Assembly: GCA_965219415.1 (NCBI GenBank)
Contig: OZ244742.1
Location: forward strand, 1,312,001 to 1,376,000
From: Candidatus Marinacidobacterales bacterium
Lineage (GTDB): Bacteria > Acidobacteriota > Vicinamibacteria > Marinacidobacterales > DATDRI01
DNA length: 64,000 bases
Direction of reading: 5' to 3'
Positions 63,001-64,000 of this stretch are shown here, in pieces. The notes beneath the pieces were generated by a model. It was not told the origin of the DNA and ran no database searches. It worked only from the letters and a program-made list of their open reading frames with translations. The stretch's first letter is position 1. Each line of letters opens with the position of its first letter. Made by a program: the position numbers and the translations under genes.

Positions 63001-64000
63001 GCTGCCGCTGGACGCGGAGCGGGTGGCGATGAGACGGACCCGAATAACTCTCGTCCCCGCAGGAGCAAAACGGGAGTCGGAGACGAGCTCCCAGTCGGCA
63101 ACGAACGCCGTGTCGCCTGTATCGAAAGAATCGAGCACCGCGGTATTCGACGCGTCTCGGTACTCGATCACGATGCGCGCCCTATCCGGCGGGTTCTGGT
63201 TGAAACTTCGCACGTAGCCTTGGAAGTGGAAGAGCAAGGCGCCGGTGTCGATGGCGCCGGCGAGGGGCGAGACGTCCATGTCCTGATGAAGCTCCGCAAC
63301 GGGTCGGTTTCCTGCGTAGAAGTACGCTCCTTCGAACGGATTCGTAAAACGCTGCGTCCACGCGTCGCCCGTCACTTCCTTCCAACCCAGGATCTCGCCG
63401 TTGGCGAGCGGCAAATCATTGCCCGGGTTTTGGATCAGATTGACGCCGAGCAGGGTCGTGGGATCCCCCATGGCGAGGCTCTGATCGGGTCCGGCGTCCG
63501 CCGAGGGGGGCTGGTTCTCGGCCACCACGCTCACTTGCACGGAGTCGGATGCATTGAGAGCGGAGTCACTCGCGCTCAACAGCAGCTCGTAGTCGCCGGG
63601 AGCGGGAAACTGGGCTTCGGTCTGGGGAGTCCCGGGCGATTGGAAGACGACCGTCCCCGGACCGGTCAACTGTGTCCAGCTCACGGTGAGAGTTCCGTCG
63701 GAAGGGACGCCATCGTCGATGACCGTGCCGGTGAGTGTCGTAGAAACGGAGAACGGCGACTCGGGGAACGGTCGCAGCGACAAGGCGTCGAAGTATCCTT
63801 CGTTCGAAGAGCCGGCCTGGCGAGTGGAGAGGAGTCGAATGCGAACGAAACCTGTGTTCAGCGGCGCCAATCGGGAGTCCGCTACCGGCTCCCAATCCGT
63901 AAAGCTGAGAGAGCCGGAGTCGAACGAGGCCAAAACCGTCGTGTTGGTCGGGTCACGATACTCGATCACGATGCGGGCGAGATCGGCACCCACCGTCCTC
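60010..64000 (-). CDS. N-terminal part of the giant RHS protein: PKD/K319L-like, galactose-binding-like, CARDB and FG-GAP repeats (5' end outside window)
   Basis: NQAPxVxAGxDQ / DDGLP repeats, PDLT..E.REDNN, ADLDxDGxPE motifs. Confidence 0.88.
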   Translation of the reverse strand, partial: RTVGADLARIVIEYRDPTNTTVLASFDSGSLSFTDWEPVADSRLAPLNTGFVRIRLLSTRQAGSSNEGYFDALSLRPFPESPFSVSTTLTGTVIDDGVPSDGTLTVSWTQLTGPGTVVFQSPGTPQTEAQFPAPGDYELLLSASDSALNASDSVQVSVVAENQPPSADAGPDQSLAMGDPTTLLGVNLIQNPGNDLPLANGEILGWKEVTGDAWTQRFTNPFEGAYFYAGNRPVAELHQDMDVSPLAGAIDTGALLFHFQGYVRSFNQNPPDRARIVIEYRDASNTAVLDSFDTGDTAFVADWELVSDSRFAPAGTRVIRVRLIATRSASSGSNDGFFDSLLLYTPRLIRVDLDGVISDDGLPLGAPLSSTWSQEEGPLVGSFDDLSQTGTSFTTMLAGTYVLKLTASDSDLTGSDQVSITVAPPVLPPDLTILSVDTSSASFDAQTLEISGSFTAEITNLGPGDVTETFEIAFFEDLNDNGTFEPGVDNLVGSESQAGLSTGGTVLVTAPVSGMLTLVGNLLHTFVDSGFVVTETREDNNAVNSAPACDFRPPVAPFAPVLKWSWTSSSILPNARQIIMTPSVADLDMDGVPEVIFTTYQKSARSQSFLRVVSGQDGTELFTVDDPDLRVHRGSPVAVGDIDRDGRVEIVAVAENQNRLIAFEHDGTVKWLSSNVQGTGDGGPALAGLDGDGAPEIILGRQVLNNDGSLRWTGTGGRGGRLGNPLAGVADLDLDGIPEIVAGRTAYRANGDIYWDHPELSDGWIAVTDFDDDPFPEVVLVANGDVFLFEHSGEIKWGPVPIDQGGTGGPPLVADLDNDGEPEIGVAGRSRYQVFEHTGVSKWSVPISDGSSSITGSSAFDFEADGFAEVVYADERRLRVFDGTDGTVVFETEIGSATRLEYPIIADVDVDGKAEIVVVANEFNNPVPVAGIFVYGTPSERWVPTRALWNQYTYHITNINDDGTIPARESNNWELFNNYRQNVLIDGCVYALPDLTASFVRKETVGSDVVLTARLGNGGGNAAGPEIGVSFYNGDPASGGILLGTTRTESLAGRQFRDVSLIVPVGTEALPLWVVADDEGGLVGLHTESDETNNAVDGQVFLTATPNQAPVVDAGADQLLTLEGASLVVSLAGTVTDDGLPIGVLNTFWGQVGGPMSLVFTDPMDPLTTVTMVEPGEYVLRLTADDLDLTGSDEVTITVIPPNQAPLVSAGPDQSIILPVDTVTLSGSVTDDGLPRGATVTSTWSFTGPGPVVLDDPSSPLTTATFVDPGTYVLRLTATDTEFTVFDEAVVTVFPQNEAPVVSAGADQAISVASTLLEGSVSELGARGR

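Overview
GC-rich bacterial window; gene content (many PQQ-like beta-propellers, FHA-DUF4388, a RAYT-type Y1 transposase) suggests Acidobacteriota/Planctomycetota-like origin, which is inference only. At least 11 single-base frameshifts, mostly in short homopolymers, point to uncorrected long-read errors. 1-30.3 kb: M1 peptidase, sodium:solute symporter, an mltB gene cut by two IS elements (ISL3, IS256), six PQQ-like propeller genes with an Fe-alcohol dehydrogenase, and a GT4 / EhpF(GriC)-like / EhpG(GriD)-like / LolCDE-type ABC operon. 30.3-45 kb: RAYT, TonB receptor and glnS separated by a 730-bp tandem duplication, gltX, amidohydrolase, DUF72, a tandem pair of QueG/RdhA-like Fe-S proteins, FHA-DUF4388, a metallopeptidase lipoprotein. 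45-64 kb is the most unusual part. Downstream of a giant PKD/CARDB/FG-GAP/RHS toxin gene and its candidate immunity gene lie three repeats of [fragment of the giant gene]-[a different type II toxin-antitoxin pair]-[HTH-rve DDE integrase]-[~160-nt 3' end]. That 3' end folds by hand with compensatory changes and ends in CCAACTCCCATTGCRCCCSTAC(A); no matching left end was found. All homology calls come from motif recognition, not database searches.
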